A stretch of 64,000 nt of DNA from positions 24,924,001-24,988,000 of the forward strand of contig NC_087259.1 of the NCBI RefSeq assembly GCF_037042905.1. The letters are read 5' to 3'. Positions within the stretch are counted from its first letter, which is position 1. Each line of letters begins with the position of its first letter. A program made the position numbers and the translations under genes. Of this stretch, positions 51,692-62,592 are shown one piece after another. The stretch is from Lytechinus pictus (taxonomy: Eukaryota). The notes beneath the pieces were generated by a model. The model did no database searches and was not told the DNA's origin. It saw only the letters and a program-made list of their open reading frames with translations.

Positions 51692-52873
51692 AATATGGTA
51701 AACAGAAATTATTTACTTACTACCAGAAGCTTGTTTTTTGCCAAATTATTGGGCATGCAAAGTTGTGCGCGGCGATCAATTTCAGTGGTTTAAATTGCGC
51801 TCTAATTTCTAAACACCAAAATAATTGCTTGATTGTTGAGAAAATAACTTAGCTGTGCTAATGCCGATTTTTATTATTACTATCAATAATTTTGATATAG
51901 AAAACGGTAAATAATAATTATTACTTACCAATCGGCACTCTTTCAACTCGCAACATCGGATGTCTTCACTCAGCTGCGTGCGACTTCGTTCTGAAAATGA
52001 GCGTGCTTGTCAACAGCATGCATTTCTGATTCAATCGGCCAATATGTCCGATGTTTGGGAGAGTGCCATATTTGGAAGGGTGTCAAATTTCCTGCCGTGG
52101 GGAACACCCGCAGCGGCCATTGCAGATTTTCTTGTGATAGATCGAACATGTGCGATATCGACAGTGATATTTCTGGCGGAAATCACTTCCCCCTTACAAG
52201 ATTTTTTTGGTCATCGATTTTTTGGAGTCCATAATTAGCGAGGGTCATAAGAATCTTTGGAAGTCAAAATCATGGATTTCACCTAGCCTTGAGGACTCCG
52301 TGATGATTAAAAAAATATTTTTACATACTTTTACATCACCAAGCATTGACACGGTCCCCATACAGTACGTGCGAAAGCGAAACATGTAAACACGGATGAA
52401 TTTCCCTTGGAAATCCATCTTGAGACCTAGAAATCGCGTAAATTTGTTGTATTTTATTTATCTATACACCTTCATACGCCTATAAACATGAATAAACTTT
52501 TCAACAATTCAAACACTGCTAGTTCTAACTTCAAACGGCATTCTACACTCAGACACTGTAGTTTGACAAGTCAGTAGATGTTAGCTAAGTTATGCCCAAT
52601 TTAATGAAAACAGACTATTTACAGAACCCCTTCAGCATTCTTTATTTACTCACTATACTATAACCATAAAGTCAGAGAACAGTAGTCTTGGTTTACTGTC
52701 CTGAGCTGAATCTAAATTGTTTTCTAGAGAGTGAGTTAAATGATGCTGCTGAAATGTAGTTGTTCTCACCTGAATTATAGTTCTATTTTTGGAAAGTCAT
52801 ATGGATGCTAATAATGGATTAAGGTATCCTTCCCGAATCCACTTTAAGCCTCTAGTGCTAATTGTGAGGTTAA

Positions 52874-53472
52874 AGGTCAAGTCCACCCCAGAAAATTGTT
52901 TATTTGAATCGATAGAGAAAAATCAAACAAACATAACCTGCAAATTTCATCAAAATCGGATGTAAAATAAGAAAGTTATGACATTTTAAAGTTTCGCTTA
53001 TTTTTCACAAAACAATTAAATGCACAACTCAGCGATATGCAAATGAGAGAGTTGATGATGTCCATCACTCACTATTTCATTTGTTTTTTATTGTTTGAAT
53101 AATACAATATTTCAATTTTTACAGATTTGACAATACGGACGAACTTAACTTAACCATAAACTATTAAAATAATTGTAATTCCACATGTTCAGGGAGAAAT
53201 AAAACTTTGTTTCACTTGACAAGGAGGAGAAAATGAGAATATTTCATATTCCATATAATAAAATACAAAAGAAATAGTGAGTGGGTGATGTCATCAGTCT
53301 GCCAATTTGCATACTGACCAATATGTGCATATAACCGTTTTGTGAAATTAAGCGAAACTTTAAAATGTCATAACTTTCTTATTTTACATCCGATTTTGAT
53401 GAAATTTTCAGTGTCTTGTTGGATTTTTCTTTTTTTTTTCAAATCAACTTTTTGTTGGGGCAGACTTGTCCT
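52874..53472. mobile_element. TTAA-target (Kolobok-like) MITE, full copy, in SET intron 1
   Basis: TTAA|AGGTCAAGTCCACCCCAG ... GACTTGTCCT|TTAA. Confidence 0.9.
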
Positions 53473-53817
53473 TTAATAATATCCAACCTTACTGAATGTC
53501 ATCAACAGTGGACCACAACAAACTTGGGCAAACTGTATCGCATTTGGGATATTTTCTTTTGTATCAGACATTTGCCAATAATTATACATGTAATTTCTCT
53601 TACAATTCTTATATTTAACAATTTCATGTGTGAATTTTTTTTTTTGAATAGATGTACCAGTATACAGGGGGTGTGCTCAGGGCAGGTGCCCATGATGTTT
53701 CAACTAGGCCCATCATGAGAGAACTATTCAAATAAAATTGAAAGACTGAAAGAAGAAATTAAGAAAATAATCAAAAAGAGAGGTCAGGGTTGCGTTCTGT
53801 TTTGCCCCATTCATGCA

Positions 53818-53962
53818 AGGGGTGTACCGGGCTGAAAATAATTTTGTCTGATAAAATAGAGTAAATTCACCAAGCAAATCACTGAAAATTTGATCAAAAT
53901 CTGATAACAAATAAAGAAGTTATCGACTTTAAAGTTAAACATTAGTTTGTAAACAGTTATAT
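53818..53962. mobile_element. One-ended fragment related to the 56738-57319 palindromic MITE
   Basis: AGGGGTGTACCGGGCTGAAAATA...AGAGTAAATTCAC...ATCAAAATCTGATAACAAATAA matches its left arm. Confidence 0.6.
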
Positions 53963-54603
53963 GCTAATGTGGGAAGCTGAGCTGAGCCAGGCTGGAAAAG
54001 ATACCAGTAAACAGCAAGATAATGTGAACCATTTACATCCATTCATGAACTGAGCTCTTATTTATTCCTGAATAATCTAACTTAATTGATCCTTACCATG
54101 AATTTTAGCCACTTCGAGCATCGGAAATGACCATATTCTGGCTTCGATCGTGGCGTCTTCTTTCGAATTTCTTAGTCATATATCGCTAAACGAACGCAGA
54201 GGGCAGCAACACGTTCAATGACTTGATTGACTTCGAATTTCAGCTAATTCCAGCCCATATCAAAACGAGTGTACGGCAGACTGGGACTTATTTGAAATTG
54301 AATAATGAAATCAAGATTGAAGTCAAAATAACTGAAAAGGAGGCACATTGCATGATCAGAGACATTCCTTGCCAAGAAGAACCTTGACCTGAGCATTCTG
54401 TCCTGCAATGGAACCTGAGGCATATTGCCTGTGTCTATACCAATAGAAACTTTATCTTTTTAAATTTTGCATAGTGGAACAAATAAGAGGCATACTGTTC
54501 ACCATATTTTTAGCTCTTAAAGTTAAAATGATAGATGGATGGTGTAATGGGAGAGATGGAAATTTAAAGTCAAGAAAGATAAAGATTAGATAGAGTGTCT
54601 GTG

Positions 54604-55489
54604 AGCCTGTTCAGACCGGCAGAGATAGCGCGATCTAGCGCGCTAGATCGCGCTATCTCTGCGGTGTGGAAGGTACAACGTCGTTTCGGTCCGCCCAACA
54701 GCGAGCCACGGCGAGCCAAAACGGCGTGCCACTGGAGCACCTCTTGGGGGTGGTCCACGAGAGATAGCGCGGTCTAGCGCGCGCTATCTCTGCCGGTGTG
54801 AACCCGAGCTACGATAGCACGCCGGAAGTCATCAAATTGTTATGGCAACACGCTTCTCGACTGACACGGCTCCTCGAAGCACAGTGTTTTGTCTCTCCAG
54901 GCTTCGGCGAAGTTTGCGACATATAAACTTAAATGTTGCTTTACTCATTCTGAAATTCTCCTTCCAGTCCAGGTCGGTGAAGCTATTCAGTACTACATTC
55001 CAGAAGCCATCACTCCGAGGCTTCGACCATAACCCACGATCGATCACTGTCCCCATTATCAAAACCATCAGGCTCTGAATTACCCGACGACGACGCTCAA
55101 AAAGCAACCTTTTAAACTTTCGTCGTCTCTTCTGGGAGTTCGCTTCTATCCATTGTTGTATATCTAAAGTTACAGGTACATCCATAATCCTGCTGCGATC
55201 CTGCTGTGATCACGTCCACAAACACAGTTAAAATACAAGAGTCTAGAATCTAGATTAATCAAATTAGAAATACATGCACAATGTATACAACGCCATGAAA
55301 TAAACGTAGGCCGGCTAGCATAATAGGCACAGCGATATCGAGCTCTCAACTAACTAGTACGGGTTCGTAATAGCGCGCGAAATCTTTGACCGCTCTGACC
55401 TCATGACGTCACGCGTCATGGCAACAGGACCTCTCAAAAAAGGGGGTGCTACGATAGACCGCGCTATCTCACTGCGGTGTGAATCCGGC
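54604..55489 (-). mobile_element. PIF/Harbinger transposon relic with subterminal GAGATAGCGCG repeats
   Basis: CpG-rich. Repeated GAGATAGCGCG / CGCGCTATCTC and GGTGTGAA motifs at both ends enclose a transposase fragment. Confidence 0.8.
54832..55185 (-). pseudogene. Truncated Harbinger (HARBI1-like) transposase N-terminus
   Basis: The 117-aa ORF has W..PRS..FW...WKENFRMSKATF...L...T.LR.AVSVEKRVAI, typical of the helix-turn-helix region of PIF/Harbinger transposases. It stops before the DDE catalytic domain. Confidence 0.82.
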
Positions 55490-55791
55490 GATCTCATGCT
55501 GTTTTTTACTGCTTTTTTAATTCAAATGATAAAACTATCATGCAGACTCACCTTGATAAATCACTTTCGATTTCTTTAATTTGCAAGAGCTGATAACCCC
55601 TACAGGGGCGCCTTGGACTTCGGAGGTGACTTAGCGACCCTTGGCTATTTTCCAGATTTTTTTCTCCAGAATATCATGCCTGTATTCAGGACTAACTACA
55701 TGGTGAACTAATATAAGGCATTTCTACAATGCATGTAATAGAAACAAGTTCATTTGATGACCATACATTCATAACTTGATTTCCTGTTCAG

Positions 55792-55988
55792 GTGATTTAT
55801 ATCCAGACAAAGAGCACCAGCAGGCGATCGAAGAGATCGACAATGTCCAGAATGAAATTGATAACCTGAATGAGATGGCGAGTGAGGAGATCTTGAAGGT
55901 GGAACAGAAGTACAATGCACTGAGGCAACCATACTTCGAGAACAGAGCAAAACTTATCGACAAGATACCTCACTTCTGGGCCACCACT
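55792..55988 (+). CDS. SET: SET exon 2 ([41 protein letters not shown]...KIPHFWATT)
   Basis: Near-identical to the SET dimerisation helix ([25 protein letters not shown]...IP.FW). Ends at a U12-type donor GTATCCTTT. Confidence 0.95.
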
Positions 55989-57543
55989 GTATCCTTTCTG
56001 ATATCTGAGCATGATAGGAATAAACAATGAAGTTCAAATCGTAAATATATTCCATACTTTTGAGACATGATAATGAGTAAAAATTAGTAAACAGACAAAC
56101 ATTAGTGTTTGGCGGCCAGGGGTAAATTCATCTGGGGTGGTATTCTGAGTGCGTTTTATCTTAGCTGTATAGCTGTTTTAATTTATAGGTATTCTGAAAA
56201 GTGCTATAATTGCATGTACATGTAACTTGTGTTAGATATTTTGTTATACCTTGGGTGTCATCTTTCTATATAACGCTCTTCATGCACTGCACGCAAATAG
56301 CTTTTGGTGCCATCAAAAATCTTTTAGCAACAATTATGCTCCAGAGGTACAACAGGGTCGGTGGCATTTTAACTTGTTTGCAGCACAGAGATTGTCTTGC
56401 TTCATGTTAGGTTATTTTTACAGGTTTTTTTTTATACCTCGATAAGAGGATATACACACCAAATTACTGCTGCTTTTGCCACTCAAACACATGTCCTGAG
56501 AATGTTTTCTTTCGATGCCTGTTTCCTTAAAGGTGACGTTCCCATTATGGTAACTACAATGGTTATAGGGCCCAATGAAAGTCAATGTTATATAATAGTT
56601 GATAATCAATATTACCATAATTGAAAACTTATGGTGGCTACTGGTTAGATGAATAAGGCAACATAATTTGACAAAATTTTATTATTAGCTCATTCATAAC
56701 CCCCTGATCTGGTATGTCTTGGTTATGAAAAACTTAAAGGGATGGTCCGGGCTGAAAATATTTATATCTTAATACATAGAGTAGAATTCACTGACCAAAA
56801 TGCCGAAAATTTCATCAAAATCGGATAACAAATAATAAAGTTATTGAAGTTTAAAGTTTAGCAATATTTTGTGAAAACAGTCGTCATGAATATTCATGAG
56901 GTGGGCTGATGATGTCACATCTCCACTTTCCGTTTTCTTATGTTATTACATAAAATCATATTTTTTTCATTATTTCATACTTGTGTGAATAATATGTCTC
57001 CCTTATAATGAAATAAGTTGCAGCAATAAATATCTAATGCACTAAATCAGTTGTCATTCCAATTTTTCTAGTTCTTGGAGGAAAAAATTTGAATAAACCT
57101 AATTTCATATAATAAAATACAAAAGAACAAGTGGAGATGTGACATCATCAGCCCACCTAATGAATATTCATGACGACTGTTTTCCCAAAATATTGCTAAA
57201 CTTTAAAATTCAATAACTTTGTTATTTGTTATCCGATTTTGATGAAATTTTCGGCATTTTGCTCAGTGAATTCTACTCTATTTATTAAGCTATAAATACT
57301 TTCAGCCCGGACCATCCCTTTAAGTGCAATATCAAGAACGCAATGACAGTTTTGCATATTTTGTGCCTCTTTGCCACAAGGAGTTCTTTCACTGAGCTTT
57401 TATGTATATGAACTTCTAACAAGATTTCTGATTAGATATAATATTTTATTGGTGTAGACCGGAAATGTTGCTGTATATAAATTAAAATTGAATTTTTTTT
57501 TGCATCTTCCGTGAATTCTCCTTAACCTATCATTTTACTTCAG
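55989..57543 (+). other. U12-type (minor spliceosome) GT-AG intron, SET intron 2
   Basis: 5' splice site GTATCCTTT (55989-55997), branch site TTCTCCTTAAC (57516-57526) about 18 nt from the CAG acceptor. Splicing joins FWATT|FTHHPQ in frame. Confidence 0.92.
56738..57319. mobile_element. Young palindromic TTAA-target MITE with ~190-bp near-perfect TIRs
   Basis: TTAA|AGGGATGGTCCGGGCTGAAA ... TTTCAGCCCGGACCATCCCT|TTAA. The arms stay complementary through ...CACATCTCCACTT / AAGTGGAGATGTG. Confidence 0.92.
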
Positions 57544-57666
57544 TTCACACATCACCCTCAATTATCAATGTTGTTAGACGAAGGAGACGAAGATGCACTA
57601 CAGTACCTTTCAAAGGTTGAGGTCAAAGAATTTGACGACATTAAATCAGGTTACAGAATTAATTTT
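57544..57666 (+). CDS. SET: SET exon 3 ([22 protein letters not shown]...[12 protein letters not shown])
   Basis: 41 codons of the NAP domain (HPQ...[10 protein letters not shown]). Donor gtaagt. Confidence 0.95.
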
Positions 57667-58091
57667 GTAAGTATGGCCATTTAAGTTGCTTCATTTATAT
57701 AGAGAGTATCACAAATGATATGACATTTACAATTTTGATTGAATAGTGTCCTACATGCTGACATTTGTTACTACTTATTTTATCCATTCTGGAAAGTGAA
57801 CTTAAAAAAATTCTTTCCGAGGCAGAAACTCAAGGAATGTCAAAAAGTTTTTAAAATCTTCTTGAAAAGTCATTGAATTTTTGCTATAATGTTTGACACC
57901 TTATCAAGTTGATTATGATTAAGCTGTAAAGTTAATGTCTAAGCCCTTTTACTCATGGTCAATTGGTCATAAAAGGTAAATATTTTTCTGCAATTGAGAG
58001 TGATAACATTTTGGGGAATTTTTAAAATCTGAAGGCATACAATGTATGTATCCTCTATCAATTTGCTTTTTTTTTCTACCCTCTTCCATAG

Positions 58092-58205
58092 TTCTTCACA
58101 CCCAACCCTTACTTTGAGAATGATGTAATAAGCAAAGAGTTCCACTTAAATGAGACAGGAGATCCCAAATCAAAGGCAACGCCCATCAGGTGGAAACCAA
58201 ACAAG
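58092..58205 (+). CDS. SET: SET exon 4 ([25 protein letters not shown]...IRWKPNK)
   Basis: ag acceptor and gtaagt donor, 38 codons. Contains the NPYFEN...KEF NAP motif. Confidence 0.95.
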
Positions 58206-60261
58206 GTAAGTCCATTGGAAACAAGATGGAGTTTAGGCCTGAGTCATGCCAGCGAATTGAGTTTGGCATTCCAGTTGAACGATGTTGGGACGTTGAAATA
58301 ATAATTTAAAAAACTTGTGTTTGCGCATCAGTGATGCAAATGCTTCCTCTTTTTCAGCTTTTTATCCTTTTTTGCCGTGAAAGTACTGCAGGGTTTTTTT
58401 TCTAAAAATTGTATTATACACATATCAGAGAAATTTGAAAAATACTATTTTTACATCCAAAATCACCCTTTCATCCCTTCATTTTGTCGGGTTGTCACAC
58501 TTGGTTCCCAACAGCTAGATTTCTTTGTATCACATGTATTGAACAATGTTGATTCCCCATCAACATAATCTGAATCTGAATTAGCATCCTGTCTTTCGCA
58601 TCTGAAATCGATAGAAAGTCTTTTGCATCTGCTACCAAGCCTACCCCTTCTCTCTCTCTTAAAAAATTGAGATTTTGGAAGAAACTGGTATATAGGGCTT
58701 AATTTATCTATTTTTTCAAGGAGGAGGACAACAAGGATAAAGAGGAAGATGGGAAGAGGAGGATTAGAAAGAGGAGGAGGAGGAAAGAAACTGGTATATA
58801 GGTATCCCGCATGCAGCGCTCGGCAGAGTTGCAGCTCCTAAGCCATAGTTTTGCTTGTAAGTTCATAGCATAGCCGCTTGCCATTGGAGGGGCAGTTACC
58901 TCAGAAACAAAAACCTGAATTTCAGTTGGGGAGGGGCAGGGAAATTCTACAACATTTTTTTTAATTAGAAAATTGGGTATGTATTTGTAAAAAAAAAAAG
59001 CATATTATATATGGGGTCACCTCTATGGCCGTACACAGCATTGATGGGGCAGGCGGCAGTTTCCCTTTCCAGCCCCACCTAAAAAAAAAAAAAAATGATG
59101 ACACTTTTTTGTAGAAATTTTGACTTCACCAATCTTGTGTTCCAAATCTTTCAATTTCACCATCAAAGATGTGCAAGTGCCCTCAGTGAAAAGCTTGATC
59201 ATGTCGCTTTCTTGCTTTCAAGGTTGTTTTGACCAAATTTGTGCATTTCCTACACCATCTGGAAAATTTACCAATACGGAACTAATAACCATTGAAAAAT
59301 TTGACGGAGCCTCCTCCCCCCCCCAAAAAAAAAAGGTTGGTCCCTGGGATCTTTGCCTCCCCCATATCCAGGTCTGCTTCCGGTGCGCTTGCTGATGTTT
59401 ACAACGTCTTCTGCAAAGGATTCTACTATATCATGCACTACTTGTCACCTCTGGGCGGTTTGCAGTTTCAAATGTGCATGTCACATCACAATCAAATGCA
59501 TGGAGATTGCTTGGTCCTGCTGGGCCGAATTGGTTATTGCCAAAAACCATAGAACCTAGACAAGAAAAATAAAGAAATATGACATTCCAATCCAGCTTCC
59601 AATCCTTTAATTCATTGTGAAATGGTTAAAATGAAAAAGAATACTGTTTTTCTCAGATGAAAATCACATGGATTGATTGTGCTGCTGGCACTTGTTGGAA
59701 CACTAGAGTGGGAAAAAGTGTGGTTGGAGTCTGATCGCATTAGACAGATTCCGGTGTGCTTGGATGGTTGGTTGGCTTGGGCCTTATGAAGATATTCACA
59801 GGACTCTGTAGTAATACTGGAATTTGTCTGACGTCTGATCACATTCATGTCGCATTTTCCAGTATCCTGATGAAACAAGTGACAGTAGCATTATTCATAA
59901 TTCTATCAGAGAAAAAATATTTTGTGTTCAGTTTATTTTGTTTTTTCACAATATTGACATTCAAATTCAAACTTTATATCAATGACATGTAAATATGGTT
60001 TGCATGTCATATTTCTGAATTTCTTTGACAGGATGAGTTGTGGTGGTCCTCAATTTTGATGCACATTTTTTTTTTTAGCTGCAGTGCATCAGGTCTCAAG
60101 GGCACTTTAGATTTCTGATTATGGTTTGGAAATCAACATTGTTATTTATAGTTGGGAACAAATAAATCCTAATTCTGCCCAATTCTAAAGATTACTACTG
60201 GTTGGATTGCACTGAGTTCCTACTTGTTTATTATCATATAAAATGTCTGTCTTTTTTGCAG

Positions 60262-60429
60262 GATCTGACAAAGAGAAATCTGGGTACCCTCAAGGATGGT
60301 CGCAAGAGGACACACACGGACAATGAAAGCTTCTTCTGTTGGTTCACAGAGCAATCAGAAGCAGGGGCAGACGAGCTCGGAGAGGTGCTCAAAGACGACA
60401 TCTGGCCCAACCCATTACAATTCTTCTTG
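60262..60429 (+). CDS. SET: SET exon 5 (DLTKR...ESFFCWF...[21 protein letters not shown])
   Basis: 56 codons with the SFF.WF and [18 protein letters not shown] signatures. ttgcag acceptor, gtgagc donor. Confidence 0.96.
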
Positions 60430-60469
60430 GTGAGCAAACTGAATTACATGTAGCTGTAGTAATGGTAGA

Positions 60470-60770
60470 GATAACAGTGATTGTAGGGTAAGGGTGATAG
60501 TCGTGGATAGTGGCAGTTTGGTGGTCGTGAAGCGGGATGTGGTAATGGGTTGGTCATGGAGTGGAGATGACAGGTGGTGGTGGTGGTGGTGGTGATGGTA
60601 ATGGTGTATGGTGATGGTGTATGGTGATGGTAATGGTGTATGGTGATGGTAATGGTGAATGGTGTGTGGTGTACTAAAGGATGGGGGGATATTGGTGACG
60701 GAGATGTGCTAAGAGTGAAGTTAGGGAGTGATGGTGGTGGTATTGTGATGATCATGGAATGGTAATGTCA
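60470..60770. repeat. Degenerate (GGT/GAT)n low-complexity tract in SET intron 5
   Basis: GGTGGTGGT and GGTGATGGTAATGGTGTAT repeats. Confidence 0.85.
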
Positions 60771-60889
60771 GTGTGGTCAGGATGGGGGGGGGGGGTCTGT
60801 CAATAGATTTGATATCCATTGTGTAACATGGGCCTTATGTTCTTTATTGGTATGCGTGTGTTAAAGAAATGATCGTCTCCAACTCATAG

Positions 60890-61075
60890 GTGCCTCCTGC
60901 TGAGGATGAGGGAACGAGTGACATCATGGACAGCGGAGAGCTGGAAGCCCTTGACGAGTACGACGAGGGAGAGGATGACGATGACCTCGATGATGATGAC
61001 CTTGATGGAGAAGATGACTTAGATGGTAGCGGGGGTGAAGACGATGACATCGAAGGAGAGGATGATGACGAGGAC
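60890..61075 (+). CDS. SET: SET exon 6 (acidic tail, VPPAEDEG...DDDED)
   Basis: catag acceptor and gtaagt donor, 62 codons, D/E-rich as expected for the SET C-terminus. Confidence 0.9.
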
Positions 61076-61504
61076 GTAAGTTGCGTTTATATTTATGTTG
61101 ATGGATATCCATAACCCTCCTTAACTATGATTCGTTCATGCTATTGGCATGTACTAAATACTTTTTGCATTGTGTGAAAGTGACATGTACCAAATGGGAA
61201 AAGAAGGTAAATCAAACATTTTGAATAATTTTCTATTGAAAGAAGTATATTTTTGACTGTGTTATGCTATGTTATATTAAATTTTTTGTACATTAGTCCT
61301 TTTGAATTGATTGGCTTGTTAAGGTGTTGACTTCTTTTAAACCCACACACCCACAATCCTGACTGAATTGACAGAGTATTTTTAATGATTATTTTCTACT
61401 TATTTTCAATATTATTTAAGTTGTTTTCAATATGAAGACAGTGATTTCCTTGATGCCAAATACTTTTAAGCTAAATTGTGCATTTGATCCTATCTGTTTT
61501 GCAG

Positions 61505-61594
61505 GATGAAGATGATGATGATGATGGCGAAGGTGACATCGTTGAGGAGGTAGAGGGTGACGACGATGATGGAGGCGATGATGGTGGGGACTAA
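61505..61594 (+). CDS. SET: SET exon 7 (acidic tail end, DEDDDDDGEG...DDGGD*)
   Basis: tttgcag acceptor, 30 codons to TAA at 61592-61594. The total CDS is 951 nt (316 aa). Confidence 0.88.
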   Translation, partial: DEDDDDDGEGDIVEEVEGDDDDGGDDGGD

Positions 61595-62477
61595 TGCTTT
61601 TGTCAAAAAACAAACTGTTCATAGTTCATGCTACACAAGAACTGTATTGTATAAAGATTTTCTCTACATGTTTCCATGCATTTGGTCTTCATGCGTCCTG
61701 TTTATTATTTCCTATTTTTTTTCTTTTTAATATATATATTCAGTGGGCAAAGTCTGGACTTTGTGCAGCGTTCTTAGAATATGATATGAGGAAGACAAAA
61801 AAAATGATTTATGTAGCATGTCATATGCTGCCATTCAATCATTCCCTGTAAATGGAAAATAGCATCATTTTATTCAAGTCTGGTCTTACTTTCAGTGTGG
61901 CGAGTATCTGACTATTGAAAAACCAAATTTTTTTGCAAGAAGGGACTTTCCGAAGTTAGATGTCTGCCATCTCTTGTGAATTTATTGAATTCTTCATGGT
62001 GTTTTTGCATTGTGCGATGTTTTGGTATACCTTGGCAATTTGCGATGTTTGCAACAAATTTTTGTTTTTCAGTTGACCAGTTGCTTCAGTTCCAGGACAT
62101 GTGAAGTTGCAAACAACTATCGCATGATCCAGGCCGCTTTTGAGGCAATTACCTTCACTAGCATATGCAGTTCTTATACATGTATATGCATATAGCGTGT
62201 AGCGTTTTTGATGTAGTTTTCGAGCTGCACAGAGCTAATGGCGGTATATATAGCACATTTTGTTGTGTTAGTGCAAGAACGCCCTCAGCAAAACATTTTC
62301 GCGAAATTCCCTTGAGCACTGCACTTTTGCATGCTGCTATAAGCTAAGGGCGTTTTTGTGCGCAAGTGGTGCACGAAGGTGTGGTGTTAAGGGAGTTCTT
62401 GCACCGACAACAATTTGTTTTGCAAGGATTTTATACTAATCCGTTGTTCAAATAATGGTTAGTATACTCACCTGCAA

Positions 62478-62592
62478 TTATGCCACAGTCACCAACAACG
62501 CCGACTCGATACCGACCAAATCTAGTAGGTTATTTGAGATTACTTACCATTGGTCAGTTCAGAGTCTATTGGTTGGTATAACTGTAGCATAA
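62478..62592. mobile_element. Small degraded MITE/inverted repeat in the probable SET 3'UTR
   Basis: TTATGCCACAGTCACCAAC ... GTTGGTATAACTGTAGCATAA imperfect inverted repeat. Confidence 0.5.

Noticed and set aside
50619-61504. Intronic snoRNAs in SET
   Set aside because: I found no convincing C/D box pair with a terminal stem, or H/ACA architecture, by eye. An Infernal/Rfam scan would be needed to exclude them.
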